Assembly: GCA_963846485.1 (NCBI GenBank)
Contig: CAWJWB010000007.1
Span: 59,644-123,643, forward strand
Origin: an uncultured Alphaproteobacteria bacterium
Lineage (GTDB): Bacteria; Pseudomonadota; Alphaproteobacteria; Sphingomonadales; Sphingomonadaceae
Length of the DNA stretch: 64,000 nucleotides
Reading direction: 5' to 3'
The position numbers and the translations under genes were made by a program. The number at the start of each line of letters is the position of its first letter. Position 1 is the first letter of the stretch. Shown one piece after another: positions 21,543-31,039 of this stretch. The notes beneath the pieces are model-generated. The model was not told the origin of the DNA. It ran no database searches and was given only the letters and a program-made list of their open reading frames with translations.

Positions 21543-23821
21543 CTACCCCACGACCTCGACGAAGCTGTCGAGGACGCGCTTGGCGCCGGCCTTCTCGAAG
21601 TCGATCTCCAGCTTGTTGCCGTCGATCCGGGTGATCGCGCCGTAGCCGAACTTGGAGTGGAACACGCGCGCGCCGACGGCGACGTCTTTGCGTCCCGGTA
21701 CGCCGATGCTGACCGCGCTCGCCCGCGCCTCGATCTGCAGCCCGCCGCGCCCCGGCACGCTCGCCCCGCCGCGCTCCTCGCCCGCGCCCAGCCCGGGCCG
21801 CGGCCGGTGCCGCGCGTGACGTCGGCGAACGGGTCGGCCCCGGCGAGCGCCGCGCGCCACAGGCTCGGGCCGCCGCTCATCGTCGTCGACGTCTCGATAT
21901 GCTCGTCGGGAAGCTCCGACACGAAGCGCGACGGGATTGACGACGTCCACTGGCCGTAGATGCGTCGGTTGGCGGCGTGGCTGATCGTTGCGGCGCGCTT
22001 GGCCCGGGTGATGCCGACATAGGCGAGGCGGCGCTCCTCCTCGAGACTGGCGTTACCGCCCTCGTCGAGCGCGCGCTGCGATGGGAACACGCCCTCCTCC
22101 CAGCCGACGAGGAAGACGTGGTCGAACTCCAGCCCCTTGGCGGCGTGGAGGGTCATGATCGTCACGCGCTCCTCGTGCGCCGCGCTCTCGTTCTCCATGA
22201 CCAGGCTGACGTGGTCGAGGAAGCCGGTCAGCGAATCGAACTCCTCCATCGCTCGCGTCAGCTCGATCAGGTTGTCGAGGCGGGCGTCGGCCTCGGTCGA
22301 GCGCTGCGCCTTGTACATCGCGACCATGCCCGACTCCTCGAGGATGATGCGGGCGAGCTCGGCCTGGGGCAGGGCGTCGATCTGGCCCCGCCAGCGGGCG
22401 AGGTCGGCGAGGAAGGCGGCGAGGCTGCGGCGGGCGGCGGGCGTCAGCTCGTCGGTCTCGACCAGCGCGGCGGCGGCGCTCGACAGCGGCTTGCTCGTCG
22501 CCCGGGCATAGCCGTGGAGCGCGGCCAGCGCCTTGTCGCCGAGCCCGCGCTTCGGCACGTTGACGATCCGCTCGAACGCCAGCCCGTCCGCCGGCTGGAC
22601 GACACAGCGGAGGTAGGCGATCGCGTCGCGGATCTCGGCCCGCTCGTAGAAGCGAAAACCGCCGACGATCTTGTACGGCGTGCCCGTCGTGATGAAGCGG
22701 TCCTCGAACTCGCGCGTCTGGAACTGCGCGCGCACCAGAATGGCGATGTCGTTGAGGCTCGCGCCTTCGCGGCTCAGCCGGTCGATGGCGTCGCCGGTCA
22801 GCCGCGCTTCCTCCGGCCCGTCCCAGACGCCGACGACGCGGACGCGCTCGCCGTGGTTGCGCTCGGTCCACAGCGTCTTGCCGAGCCGGCCGCTGTTCTT
22901 GGCGATCAGCCCGCCGGCAGCCCCGAGGATGTGCGGGGTCGAGCGGTAATTCTGCTCCAGGCGGATGACGGTCGCGCCGGGAAAGTCCTTCTCGAAGCGC
23001 AGGATGTTGGCGACTTCCGCTCCGCGCCACGAATAGATCGACTGGTCGTCGTCGCCGACGCAGCAGATGTTGCGCCGCTCCTGCGCCAGCAGCCGCAGCC
23101 AGAGATACTGGCTGACGTTGGTGTCCTGATACTCGTCGACGAGGATGTACTTGAAGCGGCGCTGATACTCGGCGAGCACGTCGGGGTGCTGCGTGAAGAT
23201 CGTCAGCATGTGCAGCAGCAGGTCGCCGAAATCGGCGGCGTTCAGACCCACCAGGCGCTCCTGATAGCGCGCGTAGAGCGGGATCGACTTGTTGTCGTAA
23301 CCACCTTCCTCAGCTGCCGGCACCGCCGCCGGGGTCCAGCCCCGGTTCTTCCAGCGGTCGATCAGGCCTGCCAGCCCCTTCGCCGGCCAGCGCTTCTCGT
23401 CGACGTTGGCCTCGGCCAGGACCTGCTTCAGCAGCCGCAGCTGGTCGTCGGTGTCGAGGATCGAGAAGTTGCTCTCCAGACCCACCAGCCCCGCGTGCCG
23501 CCGCAGCATCCGCGCCGCGACCGCGTGGAAGGTGCCCAGGAACGGCATGCCCTCAGCCATGCCGCCGAGCAGCAGGCCCATGCGGTGGCTCATCTCGCGC
23601 GCCGCCTTGTTGGTGAAGGTGACGGCCAGGATCTCCGACGGCCAGGCGCGGCGGGTGTAGATGATGTGCGCCAGCCGGCTGGTCAGCGCCCGCGTCTTGC
23701 CGGTCCCGGCGCCGGCCAGCAGCAGCACCGGTCCTTCGGTGGTCAGCACCGCCTCGCGCTGGGCGGGGTTCAACCCGTCCATGTACGGCGGTTCGGCGGC
23801 AGGGGCAGGCGCGGCGGGCAT
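21543..23821 (-). CDS. uvrD: UvrD/PcrA DNA helicase (frameshift ~21780, likely sequencing error)
   Basis: AGAGTGKT, TFTNKAA, DEYQD, YRST, EEERRLAYV. The C-terminal Tudor-like segment RVFHSKFGYG is in another frame ending at 21543. Confidence 0.92.
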
Positions 23822-23901
23822 CGGCGAACAGTTAGTGAACGGTGGCCGCCTTGTCACCCCGCCGCGTCGCCGCGTCCGCTCGCTTCGGTAGCGCCGGCGG
23901 C

Positions 23902-25133
23902 TCAGTCGAACGCGACGACCAGGCGCTTGGCGAAGCCGCCGCGCTTGCGCAGCGTGCCCTCCGACCCGGCGACGCGGCGGGGGTTGCGCGCGAGGAGCGG
24001 CTTGACCATCCGGTGGAGCGTCGCGTCATTCAGCATGCGGCCGAAGCATTCGTGCATGCCGTAGCCGAAGTGGACATAGTCGCGCGGCAGCCGGCCGGGA
24101 TCGAAGCGCTCGGGATCGGGCACGCGGCGCGGATCGCGCATGGCCGAGGCGAAGCCGGCGAGCACCGTCGCCCCAACCGGCAGCGTCGTCGCCCGCGGCG
24201 TGCCGCGCGCCAGTGTGTATTCCGTGCGCACCGTCCGCTTCAGGCCCGGGGCGAGGGGGTCGAAGCGCATCGCCTCCATCAGCAGGTCGTGCAGGCGGTC
24301 GTCGTGGTTCGTCTGCGCGGCGGCGACCGCCTCCGCCAGCCACTCCGGGCGGCGCAGCAGCTGCTCGACGCCGTTGGGCACGACCATCGGCGGCTGCGGC
24401 GGCCCGCCGACGATCATGCACATCAGCACGGTGCGGATCTCGGCGTCGTCATAGCCCGGCGTTCCTGCCGCCTGCGCCGCCAGCGCGCGGCCGAGCACAT
24501 CGTCGCGCGCCGGCGCGGCGTGGCGAGCGGCGATGACGCCGTCGATGTGCGACCGCAGCGCGCCGGCAATGGTCTCGACCTCGGCCGTCCACGCCGCGTC
24601 GTGCGGCGGAGCCGGTGAACTGGAACTCGAACAGGCGCGTGCCCCAGACGCCGAGGCGGCCCGGCCCCGGCTCGGGCACGCCGAAGAAGTCGCCATAGAT
24701 GCCGAAGGCGACCTGCCGGACGAGGTCGACGACGTCGATCCGCCCGCCCGCCGCCGCGACGAGCGCCGCCGCCCGCGCCTCGGCGGCATCGCCGAGGCGG
24801 GGAAGGTCGTCCGGCCGGACGAGCGCCCGCCAGCGACCGAGCTGCGCCGCGTGCGCCGGGTGCCTCGTCCATGCCGAGGAAGAAGGGCTGGCGGCCGGTG
24901 ATGATGTCGAGGTTGGCGTGGTAGGGGACGCCGAGCGCGCCGTCGGCGGTGAACACCTCGAGCACGTCGTCGTAGCGCGTCGCCACCCGAAAGGTCGCCG
25001 TCCCCGCGATCGGCCAGACGCGCCGCGCCAGCGCCATGGCGGCGGGTGCGGCGGCGAGCAGGGTGTCGACGACCCACGCCTTGACGCCGCCCGGGCCGGG
25101 GCGGAACGGCGCGTCGGTCTCGAGTACGCTCAC
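23902..25133 (-). CDS. Cytochrome P450 with atypical I-helix (two frameshifts, ~24860 and ~24610)
   Basis: EAMR (ExxR), DPERF, FGYGMHECFG heme-Cys motif. N-terminal parts lie in two other frames. GTG start overlaps the DyP stop. Confidence 0.85.
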
Positions 25134-26794
25134 AGCAGCGCGAGGTAGGCAAGCGCCGGCAGGCTGGGCAGGAAGAAATAGTCGCCGCCCGCCATCTTGA
25201 TATAGCTTTCGACGCTGACCGTCCGGCGCAGTGGCGTCTCGCGGATCGTCATGGGCCCCGGCGGCCCGAGGAGCGGGTCGGTTTCGCCGAACAGCGTGGC
25301 GAAGCTCGAATTGAGCAGCCAGGTCTGCTGGACGAACTCGAACTGCCGGGCGATGTCGGTGTTCAGGCACATGAATAGCAGGCCGCGTTCCTCGCCGTCC
25401 TCGGTCAGGGGGTCGGCCGCCTTGGCTCCGAACTTGCGGCCGCGGCGCAGGATGCGGTGATTGTTTGCCGCCTGGAGCAGCGTCGCGCGGCTGTCCTCGG
25501 TCGGCTCGGGGGCGAGCGCGTCGCGCGGGAAGGCGCGGCGGACGTGGCTGCCGGCCGGACAGCCGATGCCGTGCGGGTCGCGCTCGCGGAACAGGTAGCC
25601 GCTGTCGGGCAGGTTGAAGGTGTCGGGCTTGAGGTAGCCGCCGGGACACAGCAGGTGGCCGTCGCGGCCCCGGCCGATGACCCGCTCGGCGATCCAGTCG
25701 GCGGTGATGTGGGTCGCGGTCGGATCGGCGGCGCGGAGCCGGGCGGCGTTCGCCTCGAGCGACCGCCAGAAGGCGGCGACGTCCTGCTTCAGCTCGCGAA
25801 CGACGAGATAGCTGCCGTTGATGCCGAGATCGGCAAAGCCCTCCGCCAGGGGGTGGTCGCGCAGTCCCGCCCGCGCCGGACGCGGGTCGAGGTCGGCGGG
25901 GTCGCTGCCGATCTGGTGCGGCACGATCGGCCCGGGGGCGGGCTCGCCGTGCCCGTTCTGGTAGCCGAGCAGGATCTCGCCGAGGGGCACGCCCTGTACC
26001 GGGTCCTTCGCCGCCGGCCGGTCGTTCAGCGTCACGAGCCTGGTCTCGTCGATCGGGATCGGCAGGCCGTAGGGCACCGGCTGCGACAGGCCGTCGGCGA
26101 AGCCGAAATGCTCGCGGCTGATGCCGGCCGCCTCGACGTCGAGGAGCAGGTCGAGCGTGTGGACCACCGCGACGCCCATCGGGGCCAGCGTCGCGCCGAC
26201 CTTGTCGGCCAGGGCATCGGCGCTGGCGGCGTCGCGGGTGTAGAGGAGCAGGAGCGCATGGACCGTGACCGGGGTCGTCGTCTCCGCCTCGGGCGCGCTG
26301 CTGCTCACGACGGCGAACGCGTCGGGCGTCGCCGTCTCGCTCTGGGTCGGATCGAACAGCGGCGTGTTGGCGCTCCACCGCGGTCCGCCGTCGATCACCG
26401 TGTCGAGCCATTTGCCCGACCGCTTGTCGCCGAGGCGGCGCAGGCGGTCCTCCTGGAACATGCCCTCGCGGAACGGGCGGGCGAACAAGTCGAGCGCCGG
26501 GCCGGTCAGTCCCATCTTCGCCAGGCCAGTCCAGGTGAAGGCGAGCGCCGCCGACTGCGCCTGGTCGGCCTGGGGCACGCCGTTGCTGACGGTGACGACG
26601 GCGTTCAGCACCTCCAGCCAGGCTCCGCCGCGAACGTCGGCGGCCCAGCCGAACTCGAGGAACAGGGCGCGGCCGTAGGGCAGGTCGACGAAGCCGCTGG
26701 CGACGAGGCCCTGCGTCGCGGCGGCCAGCTCGGGCGACAGCTTCCAGCTCGGCGGCTTGCCGGGCGTCACGGTGTAGCCAGCCTCGCCGCTCAC
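25130..26794 (-). CDS. Dye-decolorizing (DyP-type) heme peroxidase
   Basis: EHFGFADGLSQP (GxxDG), GSYLVVR, HVRR proximal His, RILRRG distal Arg, QFEFVQQTW, GGDYFFLPS. Confidence 0.92.
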   Translation of the reverse strand: MSGEAGYTVTPGKPPSWKLSPELAAATQGLVASGFVDLPYGRALFLEFGWAADVRGGAWLEVLNAVVTVSNGVPQADQAQSAALAFTWTGLAKMGLTGPALDLFARPFREGMFQEDRLRRLGDKRSGKWLDTVIDGGPRWSANTPLFDPTQSETATPDAFAVVSSSAPEAETTTPVTVHALLLLYTRDAASADALADKVGATLAPMGVAVVHTLDLLLDVEAAGISREHFGFADGLSQPVPYGLPIPIDETRLVTLNDRPAAKDPVQGVPLGEILLGYQNGHGEPAPGPIVPHQIGSDPADLDPRPARAGLRDHPLAEGFADLGINGSYLVVRELKQDVAAFWRSLEANAARLRAADPTATHITADWIAERVIGRGRDGHLLCPGGYLKPDTFNLPDSGYLFRERDPHGIGCPAGSHVRRAFPRDALAPEPTEDSRATLLQAANNHRILRRGRKFGAKAADPLTEDGEERGLLFMCLNTDIARQFEFVQQTWLLNSSFATLFGETDPLLGPPGPMTIRETPLRRTVSVESYIKMAGGDYFFLPSLPALAYLALL

Positions 26795-28455
26795 AGGTCC
26801 CACGCCCATTCCGCCGCTTCCTGTTCGCTCATGCTCGGCCGGCGCAGGCCGCAGGCGATGCGCCAGTTGCGCTCGATCTGGTCGACCGTCAGGTCGCGGT
26901 AGGCACTGTACCAGAAGCGGCTGACCGTGCGCGAGGCGAGCGCCCAGGTCTTGAACTGCCGCCCGTGCGCGGCGCCGTCGAGCAGCAGCAGCCGGGTCCG
27001 CGGAAAGCCGACGCCGGCGCCCCAGGCGAGCGTCAGGCCGACGTGTGATTTCTCGATGAAGTCGTCGAGATAGCTGTCCCAGCTGTGGTCGAAATTGCTG
27101 AAGAACAGCAGGCGGCTGTTGTTGTTGAGGAAAGCCCAGTGCGCGAAGTGCACCGTCCGCATGCTGCCGAGATAGCCGTTGGTCGCCGAGACGCGCAGCA
27201 GCAGGCCAAGGCCGAGATGCCCGGCGCGGATGATGACCGAGCGCAGGATGCCCGGCTTGATCCCGACGATCGAGCCCATGTGGTTCTGCATGATCCAGTC
27301 CTCGCGCCGGACGATCTCGCGCAGGACCGCATCGTCGACGAGTGGCGCGTCCTGGTGGCTGTCGCGCAGCTCGTTCCAGCGCAGCAGCAGGACCAGCACG
27401 GGCAGCGTCACGAGGATGCTGGCAAGGCCCAGAACGACCGCCCGGAACGTCGCCCATAGCGCCGTATCCCACGCGATCACCCGGCCCTGGGCCAGGCCGT
27501 CGGCGAGAAGGCTGAGGTAGTGGACGACGACGACCAGCCCGCCGAGCAGGAAGGTGGCGAGGAAGGCATAGACGACGACGCCCACCGCCAGCAGCAGCAG
27601 CTTGTCGGGCCGCGGCCACGACAGGCTGACGCGGTTCGATACCTCGGTGCCGACAACCGCGTGCCGGTAATGCCAGAGGACGCCGAAGACGGCGACCGCG
27701 CAGACGGCAGTGATGCCGAGATAGAGCGGCGCACTCATCAGCGGCGCGAGCAGCAGGCCGGGAAGCGACAGCGCGAGCAGGGCGACGACGACGAAGGTGA
27801 TCAGCCGGGCCAGGTCGGCCAGCCGCTCGGCCGGCGTGATGCGGACCGGCGGCGGCTCGGCGAGCCAGGGAAAGCGCGGCAGCAGGGCGGCGCGGAGCGT
27901 CGCGTGGATCGCCGCCGCCGTGCCGCCGCGGTAGGGGCTAGAGCCGGTTCGCGCCGGATCGTCGAGTTCGGCGCGCGCCGCCAGGAACAGCGCATGGTCG
28001 GCGAGGATGCGGTTCCGCTCGAGCCCGCGGTTGCCATGGTGGAACACGCTCGGCCGACGGGTCTTGGCCTCGAGGAAGGCGACGGCGGGCGCGGCGGCGT
28101 TGCCGGCGGTGACGGCGTCGTACAGGTCGCCGGTGCCATCGAAGGGGCGCTTGCAGCAGCGGATCATCGCCCGCAGCTCCGTGCTCAGCAGGCTCTCGAT
28201 CTGGCCCCAGAAGACGCCCGGCGGCCCGTCGAAGTTCGCCTCGATGATGAACATCGGGTCATAGTCGCGCGCCGGGAACACGCTCATCGACAAGAAGTGC
28301 AAGGTCGGCACGCTCTGGAAGATGCGCTCGAAGTTCGGGCGCATCGGGTCGCCGGCGAGGTCCTCGGCGTGCTTGAGCCCGTCGACCAGCGCGGTCAGGC
28401 GACCGCAACTTTCCGGCTTCACCTCGAGCGGCACGCAGAAGGTCGTCTGACGCAT
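26791..28455 (-). CDS. Uncharacterised membrane protein with duplicated soluble domain, DyP-associated
   Basis: N-domain TLHF...EANFDG and C-domain TVHFAHW...SNFDHSWDSYLDDF flank about 4 TM segments. Confidence 0.8.
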   Translation of the reverse strand: MRQTTFCVPLEVKPESCGRLTALVDGLKHAEDLAGDPMRPNFERIFQSVPTLHFLSMSVFPARDYDPMFIIEANFDGPPGVFWGQIESLLSTELRAMIRCCKRPFDGTGDLYDAVTAGNAAAPAVAFLEAKTRRPSVFHHGNRGLERNRILADHALFLAARAELDDPARTGSSPYRGGTAAAIHATLRAALLPRFPWLAEPPPVRITPAERLADLARLITFVVVALLALSLPGLLLAPLMSAPLYLGITAVCAVAVFGVLWHYRHAVVGTEVSNRVSLSWPRPDKLLLLAVGVVVYAFLATFLLGGLVVVVHYLSLLADGLAQGRVIAWDTALWATFRAVVLGLASILVTLPVLVLLLRWNELRDSHQDAPLVDDAVLREIVRREDWIMQNHMGSIVGIKPGILRSVIIRAGHLGLGLLLRVSATNGYLGSMRTVHFAHWAFLNNNSRLLFFSNFDHSWDSYLDDFIEKSHVGLTLAWGAGVGFPRTRLLLLDGAAHGRQFKTWALASRTVSRFWYSAYRDLTVDQIERNWRIACGLRRPSMSEQEAAEWAWDL

Positions 28456-28667
28456 GAACCCCCCGCGCGACCATTGGGCGGCAGAATGCCACACTGCGCA
28501 TACTTAATCATTAACATTCGCCTAGAACCGGCCACGCCCGCGCCACTTTTCAACGAGGGCGGGATGGCGGCGCGAAGGCCGGCGGTGCCGCGGGTCGGCG
28601 GCGGCGTTGACCGGCGCGGAGCAGCGCCTTAGGGCGAAGCCGCCGATCCACAGCCCGGGACCTCCTC

Positions 28668-29642
28668 ATGCGCCTGCTCGCAGCCCTCGCCGTCGCGCTT
28701 CTCGCCACCGCCGCCGACGCCCAGACGGTCGTCAAGCGGATCGCCGTGCCCGACGGCGGCTGGGACTATGTCAGCTTCGACCCCGCCTCCAATCGCGTCT
28801 TCATCGGCCGCGGCGACGGCGTGCTGACCGTCGACACGGCGACGGGCAAGGTCGTGCCGCAGCTCGTCGCGGCGACGCGCACTCACGCCGCGCTGGCGCT
28901 CGGCGATACCGGGATGGGCGCGGTGACGAGCACGGCTGCGGGCGGCGTCATCCTGTTCGACGCCACCTCGGGCGCGGTCAAGGCGACGGTCCCGACCGGT
29001 CCGAAGCCCGACGCGGCGATCTGGGATCCGGCGGGCCGGAACCTGCTGGTGCTCGACAACAAGGTCGGCACGATAACGATGATCGACCCCGTCACGGCGA
29101 AGGTGACCGGCACGGCGACCGTCGGCGGCGCTCTCGAGTCGGCCGCGCTCGACGGCCGCGGCCATGTCTACGTCACTGTCGAGGACGGCGACGCGATCGC
29201 CGAGGTCGACCTCAAGGCGAAGAAGGAGACGCGCCGCTTCAAGCTGGCCAACTGCGAGGAGCCCGGCGGACTGGCGCTGACCAAGGCCGGCGTGCTCGTC
29301 GCCTCGTGCCACAACAAGGTGGCCAAGCTGGTCGACGCGCGGACCGGCGCGGCGCTCGGCGATCTCGCCATCGGCGACGGTCCCGACCAAACGGCCGCCG
29401 ATCCGGCGCGCGACCGGGTCTATATCCCGAGCGGGCGCGACGGCATGGTGACGGTCATCGACACCAGCGCGAAACTGCCCCGGGTCGTCGCTACCGTACC
29501 CGGTCAGACCGGCGCGCGCGGCGGTGCCGTCGATCCAGCGACGGGGACGCTATGGACCATCGCCGCAAAGTACGAGCCGGCTGTCGCCGGTGCGCGGCCC
29601 AAGGCGATCCCCGGCTCGGTCGAAGTGATCGGCATCAAGTAG
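28668..29642 (+). CDS. Secreted YncE/YVTN-like beta-propeller protein
   Basis: Signal peptide, GGWDY, repeated xDPxT beta-strand units, PDA motif. Confidence 0.85.
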   Translation: MRLLAALAVALLATAADAQTVVKRIAVPDGGWDYVSFDPASNRVFIGRGDGVLTVDTATGKVVPQLVAATRTHAALALGDTGMGAVTSTAAGGVILFDATSGAVKATVPTGPKPDAAIWDPAGRNLLVLDNKVGTITMIDPVTAKVTGTATVGGALESAALDGRGHVYVTVEDGDAIAEVDLKAKKETRRFKLANCEEPGGLALTKAGVLVASCHNKVAKLVDARTGAALGDLAIGDGPDQTAADPARDRVYIPSGRDGMVTVIDTSAKLPRVVATVPGQTGARGGAVDPATGTLWTIAAKYEPAVAGARPKAIPGSVEVIGIK

Positions 29643-29736
29643 CGCCTTACCGGCGACGGCGATCGGCGCGGCCGGACGTTCCGGCACGCAGTCGCCCCGC
29701 CACTGCCCGGCGGGCCATTGCCCGCCGCGGTCGGCG

Positions 29737-30498
29737 TCAGTTGTCGCCGAACAGGCTTCCCAGCAGGCCGCCGACCGCCGCGGCACCCACCGCCGTGCCG
29801 ACGTTGCCGCCGCCGCGCGGGGCGTCGCCGCGGGGCATGTAGCGCGCGATCTCCTCGGCGAGGTTGATGATCGGCATCGACTGCAGCCAGACCTTGCCCG
29901 GCCCGGTCAGCGTCGCCAGGAACAGGCCCTCGCCGCCGAACAGGATGTTGCGGAAGCCGCGCATCAGCTGGATGTCGATGTCGACCGTCGGCTCCTGCAT
30001 GCCGACATGGCCGGCGTGGACATAGAGGCGCTCGCCCGGCGACAGCGTCTTCTCGACGACTTCGCCCGACAGGTCGAGGAAGACCATGCCCGGCCCCGTC
30101 ACGCGCTGCATGACGAAGCCCTCGCCGGCGAAGAAACCCGCGCCGAGCCGCTGCTGGAAGGCGATGTCGAGCGTCACCGAGCTTTCGGCGCAGAGGAACG
30201 TCTCCTTGCGGCAGAGGAGCGACTGGCCGGTGACGAGCTGCACGGCGACGATCTGGCCCGGGAAGCGCGGCGCGAAGGCGACGTAGCCGTCGTCGTCGGC
30301 CAGGAACTCGGTGATGAACAGCCCGCCGCCGCTGACCGCGCGCTTCAGCCCGGCAAGCAGGCCGCCGCCGGTATGCGTGTCCATGCGGATGCCGTCCGAC
30401 ATCCACGCCATCGTCGCGGTCTGGCTGTACAGCCGCTCGCCGCGGACGAGGTCGATCTGCACCGTCTGCATCGTCGTGCCGCTGATGTCGTAGCGCAT
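29737..30498 (-). CDS. TIGR00266 / AIM24 family protein
   Basis: MAWMS, FAPRFPG, GFFAGEGF, LFGGEGLFLATLTGPGKVWLQS. Confidence 0.9.
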   Translation of the reverse strand: MRYDISGTTMQTVQIDLVRGERLYSQTATMAWMSDGIRMDTHTGGGLLAGLKRAVSGGGLFITEFLADDDGYVAFAPRFPGQIVAVQLVTGQSLLCRKETFLCAESSVTLDIAFQQRLGAGFFAGEGFVMQRVTGPGMVFLDLSGEVVEKTLSPGERLYVHAGHVGMQEPTVDIDIQLMRGFRNILFGGEGLFLATLTGPGKVWLQSMPIINLAEEIARYMPRGDAPRGGGNVGTAVGAAAVGGLLGSLFGDN

Positions 30499-30632
30499 GG
30501 GCCGTGCTCCTCGCCGCCGGTGTGTTAGCATTTTACATCAGCAGCGGGGGTGACGGCAACGTCGCCGCCGTGCTGTTTTCAGCCATTGCGCCCGCGGCGA
30601 CGCGACCCTATACGGGCCGCCTTCCGTCGCGT

Positions 30633-30708
30633 GGGGCAGTAGCTCAGATGGGAGAGCGCAGCAATCGCACTGCTGAGGTCAGGGGTTCGATCCCCCTCTG
30701 CTCCACCA
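30633..30708 (+). tRNA. tRNA-Ala(CGC)
   Basis: Cloverleaf, anticodon arm CAGCA-ATCGCAC-TGCTG, G3:U70, GTTCGATC, encoded CCA. Confidence 0.96.
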
Positions 30709-30848
30709 CCGGACGACGCCCCGTCGCCGCCGCGTCCGGATGACGAACGGCGGTCGGTTGGCCGGCTTCCTCAGCCCTCCTTCAGTGTCAAATTCGACGA
30801 AGCTTACCGGTGCGAATAGCCGGTCGGCGGTTGCGCTGGCGCAACGAT

Positions 30849-30865
30849 TGTAAAATTTTCCGACA
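30849..30865. promoter_or_regulatory. Enhancer-binding-protein site (TGT-N11-ACA)
   Basis: TGTAAAATTTTCCGACA. Confidence 0.75.
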
Positions 30866-30971
30866 CTTTTTGCCCGCCCAGACCACGGTAGAGGCTAAGT
30901 TCGTTACGGGTTAGCAACGATGAGAGTATGCTTCTCAACAGCTTAATTGAGGTTACCATATAGTTAGCAGA

Positions 30972-30987
30972 TGGCTCGAATTTTGCA
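30972..30987 (+). promoter_or_regulatory. sigma54 -24/-12 promoter
   Basis: TGGCTCG-AATT-TTGCA. Confidence 0.75.
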
Positions 30988-31039
30988 TCGCGCATTGCTG
31001 GGAAAACCCCAAGCCAAACCTCTATCGAGGAGAAGGTCA

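Noticed and set aside
20966-23857. 963-aa UvrD with a long C-terminal extension overlapping the opposite gene
   Set aside because: Artifact of the frameshift at ~21780; the true C-terminal domain ends at 21543.
25130-28455. DyP and the upstream membrane gene both span 1665 nt
   Set aside because: No sequence similarity seen between them, and the lengths depend on start choice; treated as coincidence.
30971-31039. Longer N-termini of the PEP-CTERM ORFs in the track (30971, and 39210 for the other gene)
   Set aside because: These starts overlap the sigma54 boxes; RBS and signal peptides support 31040 and 39249.
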